Assembly (NCBI RefSeq): GCF_009931435.1 | Contig: NZ_CP043414.1 | Length of the DNA stretch: 64,000 nt | Strand: one strand, 5' to 3' | Source: Escherichia coli | GTDB taxonomy: Bacteria > Pseudomonadota > Gammaproteobacteria > Enterobacterales > Enterobacteriaceae | Notes under the pieces: model-generated | Seen by the model: only the letters and a program-made list of their open reading frames with translations | What the model was told of the DNA's origin: nothing | Databases searched by the model: none | Translations under genes and position numbers: made by a program | Shown here: positions 1 to 10,070 of the stretch, piece by piece | Numbering within the stretch: position 1 is the first letter of the stretch | Layout of the letters: each line of letters starts with the position of its first letter

Positions 1-115
1 TGATAATAAATCATAAAATACATTCACCGAAGATATTTCTCTTTAAAGAGCGTGACATTTATAATAAGTATTGGTGAGAAAAATCACCCCCATTAATTTT
101 TATAAGGATATTCCC

Positions 116-685
116 ATGTTAAAAAAAAGTGCTATTGCTGCGGCATTAGTGATGTTCACCACTTCTGCTTTCGCGCTGGATGGCGGTCAATTAGATTTCG
201 CGGGTTTGGTGAGTGACAACACTTGCGTCTTGCACGTCAACGGTGGCGCCCAGGACGGTCAGATTACCCTGCAAACCGCCACAACCACTGAAGTTAATCA
301 GGCCGGTGTTGTCCAACTTGCCAGCCCTGGCGCAAAACCGGAAGCCTTCTCTATTACGATCGATTGCTCGGACGATCCACAGGGCGCCTCTGCCAATCTG
401 AGCATGGGTTCCGTGTTCTTCAGCAACAGTCAGGGCACTCTGAACAACGATCTCTCCATTAGCCAGGCGGCTACCGGGGTCGCGATTGCCATTCACTACC
501 TTACCGATGCCACTACCTACGAACAGATGAGAGTGAACGACAGCACTGATGTTAAAAACCTGCTGTTTACCAACGGCAAAGCGGTTTACAACTTTAAAGC
601 GTCATATGTAAAACAGGCAGCAACAGTTAACGCAACGGCAGGTTATGTCAAAACCAACGCCGCTTATACAGTGACTTACCAGTAA
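116..685 (+). CDS. yadN: Fimbrial major-subunit-like protein, first gene of the yad chaperone-usher operon
   Basis: Signal peptide MLKKSAIAAALVMFTTSAFA; fimbrial-subunit-like C-terminus (YTVTYQ); AAGGAT RBS before ATG at 116. Track start at 71 is an upstream in-frame ATG with no RBS. Confidence 0.85.
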   Translation: MLKKSAIAAALVMFTTSAFALDGGQLDFAGLVSDNTCVLHVNGGAQDGQITLQTATTTEVNQAGVVQLASPGAKPEAFSITIDCSDDPQGASANLSMGSVFFSNSQGTLNNDLSISQAATGVAIAIHYLTDATTYEQMRVNDSTDVKNLLFTNGKAVYNFKASYVKQAATVNATAGYVKTNAAYTVTYQ

Positions 686-742
686 ATATCTGCATCACCC
701 GACAGCCCACGGGCTGTTGGGTCACTCAATAAGGATAGTGTT

Positions 743-1486
743 ATGACCAGGATGTGTCAGTTTATTGTTTCCACTGCTTTCGTCGCATCGACAGCCGTTT
801 TCAGCCTCACCGCGCAAGCAGATATTGTGCTTTCCGGTACGCGCATTATTTATAATGCCGACCAGAAAGACGTCACATTGCGCATGGAAAACAAAGGTGC
901 CCGCCCACTATTAGTTCAGACCTGGATTGATACCGGCAGCGAAAATGCCGACCCCAGCACACTGAAAGTGCCTTTTACCGTGACGCCGCCGGTTTCCCGC
1001 GTTGATGGTAAAAAAGGCCAAACGGTTAAAATTGCCTGGAGCGCCAGCCAGACCCTTCCAGCCGATCGCGAAAGCGTTTATTGGTTCAATGCGCTGGAAG
1101 TTCCCCCCAAGATGAACGATGCCGATGCCAAGGGAAAAAACATTCTGCAATTGGCTTTCCGTACCCGTATCAAGCTGTTCTATCGCCCAACCGGCCTGGC
1201 GGGTAACCCGGCTGATGCACCAAAACAGTTAACCTGGCGTCTCCAGTCTTCAGCCGGAAAAGTGGTGTTGCAGGCAACAAACCCAACGCCTTATCACGTC
1301 TCATTCAGCAGTATTACCCTTGCCTCAGGCGGTAATAAATATACCGTGGAAAGCAGTATGGTCGAGCCCAAAAGCAGTGCGGAAATGGTGGTAAAAGGCG
1401 CTCCCCGTTCTGTGTCTGGCGCAACAGTTGAGTACTCAGCCATTAATGATTTTGGCGGTGGCATTGACGGCAAAGTCAAACTTTGA
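743..1486 (+). CDS. ecpD: Periplasmic pilus chaperone (PapD-like)
   Basis: 247-aa ORF with signal peptide and PapD-like chaperone N-terminal domain; sits between major subunit and usher. Also called yadV. Exact start (743 vs 752) uncertain. Confidence 0.9.
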   Translation: MTRMCQFIVSTAFVASTAVFSLTAQADIVLSGTRIIYNADQKDVTLRMENKGARPLLVQTWIDTGSENADPSTLKVPFTVTPPVSRVDGKKGQTVKIAWSASQTLPADRESVYWFNALEVPPKMNDADAKGKNILQLAFRTRIKLFYRPTGLAGNPADAPKQLTWRLQSSAGKVVLQATNPTPYHVSFSSITLASGGNKYTVESSMVEPKSSAEMVVKGAPRSVSGATVEYSAINDFGGGIDGKVKL

Positions 1487-1518
1487 TGCCCACAGACGAG
1501 ATCGGCTGAGATCGTACA

Positions 1519-4125
1519 ATGAAGATCCCCCACGATGGCAAAAGAATTCAACGATCGCCGCTCGCTTGCCTGATTGCGTGTAGCCTGCTGCCCTGCACAC
1601 AAAATGTGTGGGGGGCAAACGAGACCGTTGAGTTTGATAACACGTTCCTGATGGGCGCAGGTGCCAGAGATATTGATGTCAATCGTTACAGCAAAGGTAA
1701 CGCAACATTGCCGGGGCGCTATGACGTCAGCGTGTTTATTAATAACCAGGCCAGCGCCAATCTGAAAATCGAGTTTATTGAATTAGACCCTGAACACGCT
1801 GCTCAGCCCTGTATCTCCACCAACACATTATTACAACTGCATATTCGCCAGCCAGAAAAGTTAGCGGATAACGCAATTTTGCAAAAACGCGAAAATGCTG
1901 CGCAGGATTGCCTGAACGTAGAGGTTGCTATTCCGCAATCGAGCGTCGCTTACAATAGCAACGATCAGCGGCTTGATATCAGCATGCCGCAAATCTGGCT
2001 GCAGAGAACCTATGCCAACTATGTCGATCCGTCGCTGTGGGATGAAGGCATCAATGCCGCAATGCTCTCTTACACCCTTAACGGCTGGCGCAGTGAATCC
2101 CCCAATCAAACCACAGAAACCAGCTACGCCGGACTGATGGGCGGTATCAATTTATGGGGATGGCATTTTCGCTCACATGGTAACTATTCGTGGGACAAAG
2201 AAGACGGCGGCAGTTTTGAATTTCAGGATAAATATCTGCAACGCGATATCGCCGCGCTCCGCTCTCAGCTGGTAATGGGTGAAACCAATACCACAGGAGA
2301 AACCTTCGACTCGGTGCCTATTCGCGGGCTGCGACTCTATAGCGAAAGCCGCATGTTGCCCCCTACGCTGGCGTCGTATGCGCCTGTTATCCGTGGCGTG
2401 GCAAACTCTAACGCGAAAGTCACGATCACCCAAAACGGTTATAAAATTTATGAAACGACCGTGCCGCCTGGTCCATTCGCGATTGACGATCTCACGCCGG
2501 CAGGGTTCGGCGCCGATCTCGAGGTGACCATCACCGAATCGGACGGTTCAAAACGTACGTTTAGTCAGGCTTATTCATCGGTGATCCAGATGATGCGTCC
2601 CGGCGTGGGCAAATGGGATATCAGCGCCGGTGAGGTCAATAAAGCGGAACTCCAGGATAAACCTAACCTGCTGCAAGGTACCTACTATTACGGGTTGAGT
2701 AACACCTTCACCGGCTACACCGGCCTGCAAATGACCGATAACGGTTACTGGGCCGGTTTATTAGGGGTGGGCATGAATACATCGCTGGGCGCTTTCTCCT
2801 TCGATGTTACTCAGTCTCATGCCGAAATTCCTGACGATAAAACCTATAGTGGACAGAGTTACCGTGTTTCATGGAACAAATATTTCGCCCCGACCGAAAC
2901 CTCACTCAACATTGCCGCCTATCGCTACTCCACTGAAAACTATCTGGGGCTGAACGACGCGTTAACGCTGATTAATTCTGCCAACCATCCTGATGAAGAA
3001 GGCTATTCGGGGATTGTCAGTTATGCACGCATGAAAAATCAGTTCAGCGTTAGCATTAATCAAACGTTAAAAAGTGATGAACGTGACTATGGCTCTTTCT
3101 ATGTGAATGGCACATGGACAGATTACTGGGTAACCAACGAATCACAGAGCAGTTTTGCCTTTGGCTACAGCAATGCCTTTAACTGGGCGAGCTACAGCGT
3201 CAGCCTGCAACGGACATACGATGAAGACAATAAGAAGGATGACTCGATTTATCTGAGTGTGACCATTCCGCTTGATAAACTGCTTGGCCGCGATAGCCAT
3301 CAGGGCGGGTTCAAAACCCTGAACACCAGCGTTAACAGCGACATGAAAGGGAGCTCACAATTTAACGCCAATGCCTCGGGCTACAGCCAGGATAATCGCT
3401 GGAGTTACAGCGTGAATACCGCCTATAACGTGCAGAAAAACAGCGACAGCCTGAAAAGTATCAGCGGTTATACCAGCTATGAGTCGCCGTGGGGAACATT
3501 TTCAGGCTCAGCCTCCACCAGCAGCGATCGCTCACGTCAGTATGGGCTCAGCACCGATGGCGGTTTTGTACTCCACCGCCACGGTCTGACCTTCAGTAAC
3601 GACAGTTTTACCGACTCTGACACGTTGGCGCTGATCAACGCCCCGGGTGCAAAAGGCGCGCGCATTAACTTTGGTAACAGCACCATCGACCGTTTTGGCT
3701 ACGGCGTGACCAGTTCACTGTCACCGTACCGGGAAAATACCGTCGCGCTCGATGTTAACGATCTGGATAACGACGTGGAGCTCAAAAACACCAGTAGCGT
3801 CGCCATTCCGCGCCAGGGTTCCGTCATTTTCAGCCACTTTGACACCGATACCGGGCGCTCCGCCATTCTCAATTTACTGCGTAGCAACAATCAGCCCGTG
3901 CCGTTTGCTTCCGATATTACCGACGAAAAAGGGACCTCTATCGGGACCGTCGGTCAGGGCAGTCAGGCATTTGTACGCGGCATTGCCGACAGCGGTGAAC
4001 TGACGGTCACCTGGTATGAGAAAAATAGTCGCCAGCAGTGCCGTATTCATTATCAGATACCGTCATCACCCACCATGACCGGTAAAACCATCGTACTCAA
4101 CGGCGTGCCATGCACCCAGCAATAA
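1519..4125 (+). CDS. htrE: Outer-membrane fimbrial usher
   Basis: 868-aa ORF, usher size and position in chaperone-usher operon; start may be slightly downstream of track start. Confidence 0.9.
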   Translation: MKIPHDGKRIQRSPLACLIACSLLPCTQNVWGANETVEFDNTFLMGAGARDIDVNRYSKGNATLPGRYDVSVFINNQASANLKIEFIELDPEHAAQPCISTNTLLQLHIRQPEKLADNAILQKRENAAQDCLNVEVAIPQSSVAYNSNDQRLDISMPQIWLQRTYANYVDPSLWDEGINAAMLSYTLNGWRSESPNQTTETSYAGLMGGINLWGWHFRSHGNYSWDKEDGGSFEFQDKYLQRDIAALRSQLVMGETNTTGETFDSVPIRGLRLYSESRMLPPTLASYAPVIRGVANSNAKVTITQNGYKIYETTVPPGPFAIDDLTPAGFGADLEVTITESDGSKRTFSQAYSSVIQMMRPGVGKWDISAGEVNKAELQDKPNLLQGTYYYGLSNTFTGYTGLQMTDNGYWAGLLGVGMNTSLGAFSFDVTQSHAEIPDDKTYSGQSYRVSWNKYFAPTETSLNIAAYRYSTENYLGLNDALTLINSANHPDEEGYSGIVSYARMKNQFSVSINQTLKSDERDYGSFYVNGTWTDYWVTNESQSSFAFGYSNAFNWASYSVSLQRTYDEDNKKDDSIYLSVTIPLDKLLGRDSHQGGFKTLNTSVNSDMKGSSQFNANASGYSQDNRWSYSVNTAYNVQKNSDSLKSISGYTSYESPWGTFSGSASTSSDRSRQYGLSTDGGFVLHRHGLTFSNDSFTDSDTLALINAPGAKGARINFGNSTIDRFGYGVTSSLSPYRENTVALDVNDLDNDVELKNTSSVAIPRQGSVIFSHFDTDTGRSAILNLLRSNNQPVPFASDITDEKGTSIGTVGQGSQAFVRGIADSGELTVTWYEKNSRQQCRIHYQIPSSPTMTGKTIVLNGVPCTQQ

Positions 4126-4141
4126 TGTTCCAGGAGAGGAA

Positions 4142-4714
4142 ATGAGAGCTTTTTTACTACCGCCCCTGCTGCTGCTGACGTCGCTTTGTCTGCGCCCCGC
4201 ACTGGCAACCGATCTTTCGGTGAACTTTACCGCGACCATCAAAGAGACGACCTGTGCCATGACGCTCAACGCATTGAATGGGGCCAATATCAGCGGTGAT
4301 ACCGCAACAAATAACTATTATCTGGATCTGCCTGATATGGGTGTTTCAGACATTGTGAATAAATCGTCACTGTCGGAGGCTAATTTTAAAATCCTTGCCA
4401 GCAATTGTAATAACTATATTTCCGGCCTGTCGATGACCCTCAATGGCGCAGTCAGCAGCTATACAGATTCGTTAATCGGTAATGACCAGACCGTTTCCGG
4501 ACATACCAACTATGTTGGTCTTGGTATTAAACGTATGAACGCTGATGAAAATCTCCGCTTTAAACTCAACGGTAGCCAGCGAGTTACCTGGACGAATGAT
4601 GAAATAAGTAATGGATTAGATCTTACAGCCATGCTTCGTCAGACCACCACCGGGAATACGATCACCACAGGCCAATTCCAGGCCAAAGTGACTTTCGTCT
4701 TTACCTACCAATAG
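4142..4714 (+). CDS. yadM: Fimbrial minor-subunit-like protein
   Basis: 190-aa ORF with signal peptide, conserved Cys pair and fimbrial C-terminal strand (VTFVFTYQ). Confidence 0.85.
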   Translation: MRAFLLPPLLLLTSLCLRPALATDLSVNFTATIKETTCAMTLNALNGANISGDTATNNYYLDLPDMGVSDIVNKSSLSEANFKILASNCNNYISGLSMTLNGAVSSYTDSLIGNDQTVSGHTNYVGLGIKRMNADENLRFKLNGSQRVTWTNDEISNGLDLTAMLRQTTTGNTITTGQFQAKVTFVFTYQ

Positions 4715-4719
4715 CAGGT

Positions 4720-5322
4720 TTGTTTATGAATTATCACAATATAACCTTTGTCTTGCTGCTGTGCTTTGGATATATCGCCATCGGCCACGCCGCCAGTAGC
4801 TCTATGGACGTTACGGTACGTGCTAAGGTCACTGCCAGTACCTGCACGGCGGAATTACGCGATGCGCAGGATCAGCAAGCCACCACCATCGCTATTGGCG
4901 ATGTCTATCTCAACGAGCTTTCCGCTAAATCGAAATACCAGAACTTCAGCCTGGTGTTTTCAAACTGCGAAGGGTTAGCAAAGGATCAGGCAAAAGTTGT
5001 GCTTTCTGCACAGACGGGCTGCGATGGCGCTTCCAGTACCGGTGGCGGATACCGTAATGCACTGACGACGGCGGACGATGATGCGGCAACCGGTGTTGCG
5101 GTTGAAGTGTGGACGACCAATCAGCCAGAAGGTCAGGGCAGCATTCAGCTTAATTGTAAAACCAAACCGACCAGTATTGTTGATTTAGCTGCGGCAACAG
5201 GCTCGAATATTGTCCAATGGCCGCTCAGTGCCCGGATTGTAGTAGCTTCCGATAACACCATCGCTGATGTACGCGCCGGGCAATTCTCCACTAATGCAGT
5301 CTTTTCTGTGACCTATGAGTAG
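4720..5322 (+). CDS. yadL: Fimbrial minor-subunit-like protein
   Basis: 200-aa ORF with signal peptide and fimbrial C-terminus (AVFSVTYE). Confidence 0.85.
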   Translation: MFMNYHNITFVLLLCFGYIAIGHAASSSMDVTVRAKVTASTCTAELRDAQDQQATTIAIGDVYLNELSAKSKYQNFSLVFSNCEGLAKDQAKVVLSAQTGCDGASSTGGGYRNALTTADDDAATGVAVEVWTTNQPEGQGSIQLNCKTKPTSIVDLAAATGSNIVQWPLSARIVVASDNTIADVRAGQFSTNAVFSVTYE

Positions 5323-5895
5323 ATGATTATGAAAACAGTTATCTACATGATTGCGTTTTGGTTTTCTTACAACGTCATTGCAGCCAGTACCAATATTAAT
5401 ATGACTGCCAATATCATCAGCACCAGTTGCCGGGTCACGCTCGACAATAATGGAAATATTGATTTAGGCACAGTGGATTATAGCTATCTGAATAATAATA
5501 CCTCTGTCGATCGCGTCTATTCTGGCGGGCACCCCTTTTATATTACCGTCAGCGACTGCGCGCAGGTAGCGGGGAAAAATCCGGCCCACCTGACCGTCAG
5601 CTTTACGCCTTTGGCAGGCACCCTTGCGCCAACCAACCTCCAGGTATTCGCCAACCAGCAGGTCAACGGTGCAAAAAATGTCGGCGTGGTTATTTTATCG
5701 ACCGAGGACGCACAGCATATTTTCAATGTGCTCGACACGCGTGGTCAACCGCAAAGTATTTACCCCGTGACGCCCGAAACGATCGCTAACGCGACATACC
5801 ACTTTTACGCTCGGATGCAAAAAATTGACCCTACACAAGCGGTAACCAGCGGCGTGGTAAAAGCGAGCGTATTTGTTGGGGTTTATTATGAATAA
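5323..5895 (+). CDS. yadK: Fimbrial minor-subunit-like protein
   Basis: 190-aa ORF with signal peptide and fimbrial C-terminus (SVFVGVYYE); starts immediately after yadL stop. Confidence 0.85.
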   Translation: MIMKTVIYMIAFWFSYNVIAASTNINMTANIISTSCRVTLDNNGNIDLGTVDYSYLNNNTSVDRVYSGGHPFYITVSDCAQVAGKNPAHLTVSFTPLAGTLAPTNLQVFANQQVNGAKNVGVVILSTEDAQHIFNVLDTRGQPQSIYPVTPETIANATYHFYARMQKIDPTQAVTSGVVKASVFVGVYYE

Positions 5896-5921
5896 TCTAT
5901 ATCACTCTCAAGGATGAAGAG

Positions 5922-7154
5922 ATGAACACGCAATACTTTTCCCGGTCTAAGCAGTGGTGTCGAACACTGCTGGTTCTGTTGTCCTTCTATTCAGGCTGCC
6001 TGCACTCTGCCAACACAATAATCGTCGGCAACAAAACCTATTCAGGTTCGACGGAAAATAATTCCGGTCCACAGGGGGATGGCAGCGCAACGGCAACGTT
6101 CAGTACCGGGGCAAATCAGATAGTGATCCCAACCTCAGCGGGGCTACAAAGTAGCAACATCAGGCTCCAGCTGGGTTGGGTGGATACAAACTCATCAGGA
6201 AATAGCCTGATTTACTGTGGCGCTGGCGGAATGGGAACACCATTAACCCTGGAGAGCCATTTCGTTGATGCTCTGGTGAGTGCAGATGGCCACAAGCTCT
6301 TTAAAACCAATGTGCAGGGTCTCTACTTCAGGATGCACATGTACAATGTAAGCTCATTCAAAACAACCTCCAGCAGCGATATCTATATCGGTGATACCCC
6401 CCAACAAACATTGACATTAACGCCCGAGCATTCCGTATGCGTCGCCGATCTGGGGAATTACACAGCCGTAGGCGGTCTGGTCAGTAAAATTGATATTGAG
6501 TTTTATAATGATGGCACCTTCAATCCCAATACGACAGGTAGCATCGCTTTACTGAGCAACAAGGGATATCACTATTCAGTGACAAATGCAGCGCCTGGTG
6601 GTGCATTGACATCGCACTATATTTATCAGACGTTCAACATGGGGAATGTTACGCTTAGCTCGCCAACCTGTACCTCAGCGGTCGTTTCGGGGAATACAGT
6701 TCAGGGAGATACAGTCAGCCTCGGTGAATACAACCCCAAAGACATCCTTGATGGCGTTGACGGTATCCCTTTTGGTATAGCACTAAAGAACTGTTTCCGG
6801 GTCACCAATATCGAGGTCAAAATGACTACCGGCGCCCCTGCAATGTCGGCTGCGTTATTGGGTAACTCGTTAACCGCCGAAGCCAATGCCGCCAACGGCG
6901 TAGGCGTGGAGATAAAAGGAAAATCGAACTCACATTATGCCGAGGTAGTTCTTCACCCTAATGACACCCATTCTGTTTATAAAGCCTATGTCGATACAGC
7001 TGACACGTCGAATGGCATTATTGGTTCAGGCACATCGGGAACCGCAGCAAATCAAACGCTAAATTTTGTCGCCACTCTCAAACAAGACAACAATCAACAA
7101 ATCAGAGGCGGGGATTTCAAAGCGACCGCCGTTTTCTCTATCACCTACCCCTGA
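5922..7154 (+). CDS. yadC: Fimbrial tip adhesin-like protein (two-domain)
   Basis: 410-aa ORF, last gene of operon, pilin-like C-terminus (AVFSITYP) plus larger N-terminal domain. Confidence 0.85.
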   Translation: MNTQYFSRSKQWCRTLLVLLSFYSGCLHSANTIIVGNKTYSGSTENNSGPQGDGSATATFSTGANQIVIPTSAGLQSSNIRLQLGWVDTNSSGNSLIYCGAGGMGTPLTLESHFVDALVSADGHKLFKTNVQGLYFRMHMYNVSSFKTTSSSDIYIGDTPQQTLTLTPEHSVCVADLGNYTAVGGLVSKIDIEFYNDGTFNPNTTGSIALLSNKGYHYSVTNAAPGGALTSHYIYQTFNMGNVTLSSPTCTSAVVSGNTVQGDTVSLGEYNPKDILDGVDGIPFGIALKNCFRVTNIEVKMTTGAPAMSAALLGNSLTAEANAANGVGVEIKGKSNSHYAEVVLHPNDTHSVYKAYVDTADTSNGIIGSGTSGTAANQTLNFVATLKQDNNQQIRGGDFKATAVFSITYP

Positions 7155-7162
7155 GCCCCGCT

Positions 7163-7187
7163 ACCGGCAGGCCCCCTGCCGGTTTTG
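7163..7187 (+). terminator. Rho-independent terminator after yadC
   Basis: Stem ACCGGCAGG / CCTGCCGGT followed by TTTT, directly downstream of yadC stop. Confidence 0.7.
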
Positions 7188-7271
7188 ACCACAAAGGGCT
7201 AACACTCATCACTGACATCCCCTACAATGCGCCAATCCTATAGATAACACTTATGACTAACAGGGGTTATG

Positions 7272-8066
7272 ATGAAACCGACCACCATCTCCTTGCTGAA
7301 CAAATACAAACAAGAAAAAAAACGCTTCGCCACTATTACCGCTTACGACTACAGCTTCGCTAAATTGTTTGCCGAAGAAGGACTTAACGTGATGTTGGTT
7401 GGCGATTCGCTGGGCATGACTGTTCAGGGGCACGACTCCACACTCCCGGTAACCGTTCAAGATATCGCCTACCACACTGCTGCCGTACGTCGTGGCGCAC
7501 CAAATTGCCTGCTGCTGGCCGACCTGCCGTTTATGGCGTACTCCACCCCGGAACAGGCCTTTGAAAATGCCGCCACAGTAATGCGTGCCGGAGCCAATAT
7601 GGTCAAAATTGAAGGCGGCGCATGGTTGGTTGAGACGGTACAAATGCTGACTGAACGCGCAGTTCCGGTGTGTGGTCATTTAGGTTTAACCCCACAGTCA
7701 GTGAATATATTTGGCGGCTACAAAGTACAAGGGCGTGGCGATGAAGCGGGCGATCAACTGCTCAGCGATGCGTTAGCCTTAGAAGCCGCTGGTGCACAGT
7801 TGCTGGTGCTGGAATGCGTGCCGGTTGAACTGGCGAAACGCATTACCGAAGCGCTGGCGATTCCGGTAATCGGTATTGGCGCGGGCAACGTCACCGACGG
7901 GCAAATCCTCGTGATGCACGACGCGTTCGGTATTACCGGCGGCCATATCCCTAAATTTGCAAAAAATTTCCTTGCTGAAGCGGGCGACATCCGCGCAGCA
8001 GTGCGTCAGTATATAGCTGAAGTGGAGTCCGGTGTTTATCCGGGCGAAGAACACAGTTTCCATTAA
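7272..8066 (+). CDS. panB: 3-methyl-2-oxobutanoate hydroxymethyltransferase
   Basis: Translation begins [33 protein letters not shown], matching PanB; start set to second Met (264 aa). Confidence 0.97.
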   Translation: MKPTTISLLNKYKQEKKRFATITAYDYSFAKLFAEEGLNVMLVGDSLGMTVQGHDSTLPVTVQDIAYHTAAVRRGAPNCLLLADLPFMAYSTPEQAFENAATVMRAGANMVKIEGGAWLVETVQMLTERAVPVCGHLGLTPQSVNIFGGYKVQGRGDEAGDQLLSDALALEAAGAQLLVLECVPVELAKRITEALAIPVIGIGAGNVTDGQILVMHDAFGITGGHIPKFAKNFLAEAGDIRAAVRQYIAEVESGVYPGEEHSFH

Positions 8067-8077
8067 GGAGTCACGTT

Positions 8078-8929
8078 GTGTTAATTATCGAAACCCTGCC
8101 GTTGCTGCGTCAGCAAATTCGCCGCCTGCGAATGGAAGGCAAACGCGTGGCGCTGGTGCCTACTATGGGTAACCTGCACGATGGTCATATGAAGCTGGTC
8201 GACGAAGCCAAAGCCCGCGCCGATGTGGTCGTCGTCAGTATTTTCGTTAACCCGATGCAGTTTGACCGCCCGGAAGATCTGGCTCGTTATCCACGCACTT
8301 TGCAGGAAGACTGCGAGAAACTAAACAAACGTAAAGTGGATCTGGTTTTCGCTCCCTCGGTAAAAGAGATCTATCCGAACGGTACAGAAACCCACACCTA
8401 TGTCGATGTTCCAGGCCTTTCCACCATGCTGGAAGGTGCCAGCCGTCCAGGACATTTTCGCGGCGTATCGACCATCGTCAGCAAACTGTTCAACCTGGTC
8501 CAGCCGGACATCGCCTGCTTCGGTGAAAAGGATTTTCAGCAACTGGCACTGATCCGCAAAATGGTTGCCGATATGGGCTTCGATATTGAGATTGTCGGAG
8601 TGCCGATTATGCGCGCGAAAGACGGTCTGGCGCTCAGTTCCCGTAACGGCTATCTGACGGCGGAACAACGTAAAATTGCGCCGGGTCTGTACAAGGTCTT
8701 AAGTTCAATTGCCGACAAATTGCAGGCTGGCGAACGGGATCTCGATGAAATTATTGCTATTGCCGGGCAAGAATTGAATGAAAAAGGTTTCCGTTCCGAT
8801 GATATTCAGATTCGCGATGCCGACACCTTGCTGGAAATCGCTGAAAACAGCAAACGAGCGGTGATTCTGGTAGCCGCCTGGCTTGGCGATGCTCGCCTGA
8901 TCGACAACAAAATCGTCGAACTGGCGTAA
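8078..8929 (+). CDS. panC: Pantoate--beta-alanine ligase (pantothenate synthetase)
   Basis: 283 aa, [37 protein letters not shown]; GTG start at 8078. Confidence 0.97.
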   Translation: MLIIETLPLLRQQIRRLRMEGKRVALVPTMGNLHDGHMKLVDEAKARADVVVVSIFVNPMQFDRPEDLARYPRTLQEDCEKLNKRKVDLVFAPSVKEIYPNGTETHTYVDVPGLSTMLEGASRPGHFRGVSTIVSKLFNLVQPDIACFGEKDFQQLALIRKMVADMGFDIEIVGVPIMRAKDGLALSSRNGYLTAEQRKIAPGLYKVLSSIADKLQAGERDLDEIIAIAGQELNEKGFRSDDIQIRDADTLLEIAENSKRAVILVAAWLGDARLIDNKIVELA

Positions 8930-8947
8930 TACTTATACTCTAAATAA

Positions 8948-9062
8948 TTCAAGTTGCAGGAAGGCGGCAAGCGAGTGAATCCCCAGGAGCTTACATAAGT
9001 AAGTGACTGGGGTGAGCGAACGCAGACGCAGCACATGCAACTTGAAGTATGACGAGTATAAC
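8948..9062. repeat. ERIC (enterobacterial repetitive intergenic consensus) element
   Basis: Contains ERIC core GTGAATCCCCAGGAGCTTACATAAGTAAGTGACTGGGGTGAGCG flanked by inverted repeat AAGTTGCA...TGCAACTT; lies between convergent panC and rpnC. Confidence 0.85.
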
Positions 9063-9149
9063 TGGCGCTACGGCTGATGGCGCCAATTATTAATTTGCCC
9101 CACATCATGGCGATGACGTCTGTAAGCGATTATTCATATCGCAGGCAAT

Positions 9150-10070
9150 TTAGTTAAACAGCTTATCAAGCTCAGCAAGAGGTAAATTTGCCATCTCTGC
9201 AACGTCTTCCCGAGACATTCCTTTACTCAGAAGACGCAGGGCGAATTCTTGCCTTTCCTCCTGTCTTCCCAGCTGAATCCCCTTCTCAATCCCCTTCTCA
9301 ATTCCCTTCTCAATTCCCTTCTCTTCAAACCACTGCGCCAACGTCATCATAGACTCCCCTCCCGTTTCCCTGTCTCTCACCACACCATAAAACAAATCCG
9401 CTTGTTCAGTATGACCGCGTTGCAGCATATAGTTTTGCATGGCAACTAACTGACTTCCGCTAGTGTACCCTTCGTCAATCAGCGTGACCAGTTGCTCCAG
9501 CAATAACATTAAGTCGCGCTGGCGAATATGTTTTTGCAGCAGTTCGAGAATCGCAATCCGCCGATGTTGCATGATTTCGTCATCCGGTGTGATAGTGATA
9601 TCCACCAGCGGGAAAGGACTGTTATAGACGCGTCGCGCCAGCTCCGGCGAGTAAAACATATCAAACCAGCACATTGAGAGCGGATAAGGTGTGGCCTCGC
9701 CCTGATAAAACAGAATCGGCACCACCAGCGGCAGCTTATCGTGATCTGCCTCCAGATGCCGGTGCATGGCAGCAATAGAATAACGCATCATGCGAAACGC
9801 CATTTTTTTATCCGGCTTGCTTTGGTGTTCAATCACAACATGTAGATAGCCCGTATTACCCTGCATTTGCACGGAATAGAGCACGTCAGTGCTGTGCCCT
9901 TTCAGGCTTTCTTCAATAAAACTCCCCGACTCAAGATGCAGCGTGTCGAGGTCACACAGTTCGCGTAGCTCCGCTGGCAAATGGATATCCAGAAAGTCGC
10001 GAGCCGTTTCCGCGTGCATTAAAAATTGTTTAAACACCGCATCATGCGGTGTGGTACTCGGTGCATCCAT
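9150..10070 (-). CDS. rpnC: Recombination-promoting nuclease, Rpn/YhgA-like (PD-(D/E)XK, transposase_31 family)
   Basis: 306-aa ORF with Rpn-family N-terminus and C-terminal EKGI tetrapeptide repeats; position between panC and panD as for yadD/rpnC. Exact start uncertain. Confidence 0.85.
   Translation of the reverse strand: MDAPSTTPHDAVFKQFLMHAETARDFLDIHLPAELRELCDLDTLHLESGSFIEESLKGHSTDVLYSVQMQGNTGYLHVVIEHQSKPDKKMAFRMMRYSIAAMHRHLEADHDKLPLVVPILFYQGEATPYPLSMCWFDMFYSPELARRVYNSPFPLVDITITPDDEIMQHRRIAILELLQKHIRQRDLMLLLEQLVTLIDEGYTSGSQLVAMQNYMLQRGHTEQADLFYGVVRDRETGGESMMTLAQWFEEKGIEKGIEKGIEKGIQLGRQEERQEFALRLLSKGMSREDVAEMANLPLAELDKLFN
9278..9323 (-). repeat. In-frame 12-bp tandem repeat (about 3.8 copies) inside rpnC, encoding (EKGI)n
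   Basis: TCCCCTTCTCAA x2, TTCCCTTCTCAA, then partial copy; translated on minus strand as GIEKGIEKGIEKGI. Confidence 0.9.

Noticed and set aside
71-115. N-terminal extension of yadN from the ATG at 71
   Set aside because: No RBS upstream of 71, and the extension would precede the signal peptide; ATG at 116 has an AAGGAT RBS and begins a canonical signal sequence.
9278-9323. Possible CRISPR-like array (also considered for the hofB repeats at 40083..40118 and yacH repeats at 27166..27410)
   Set aside because: Repeats are directly tandem with no spacers, are 12 or 96 bp, lie in-frame inside CDSs and have no adjacent cas genes.
9249-9449. 66-aa plus-strand ORF (MPFLLSSQLNPLLNPLLNSLLNSLL) inside rpnC
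   Set aside because: It is the reverse-strand reading of the rpnC 12-bp tandem repeat, an artefact of the repeat rather than a gene.
9150-10070. rpnC as evidence of an active mobile element or genomic island
   Set aside because: Rpn proteins are transposase_31-derived but the gene stands alone with no terminal inverted repeats, target-site duplication or cargo; flanking pan genes are in conserved synteny.
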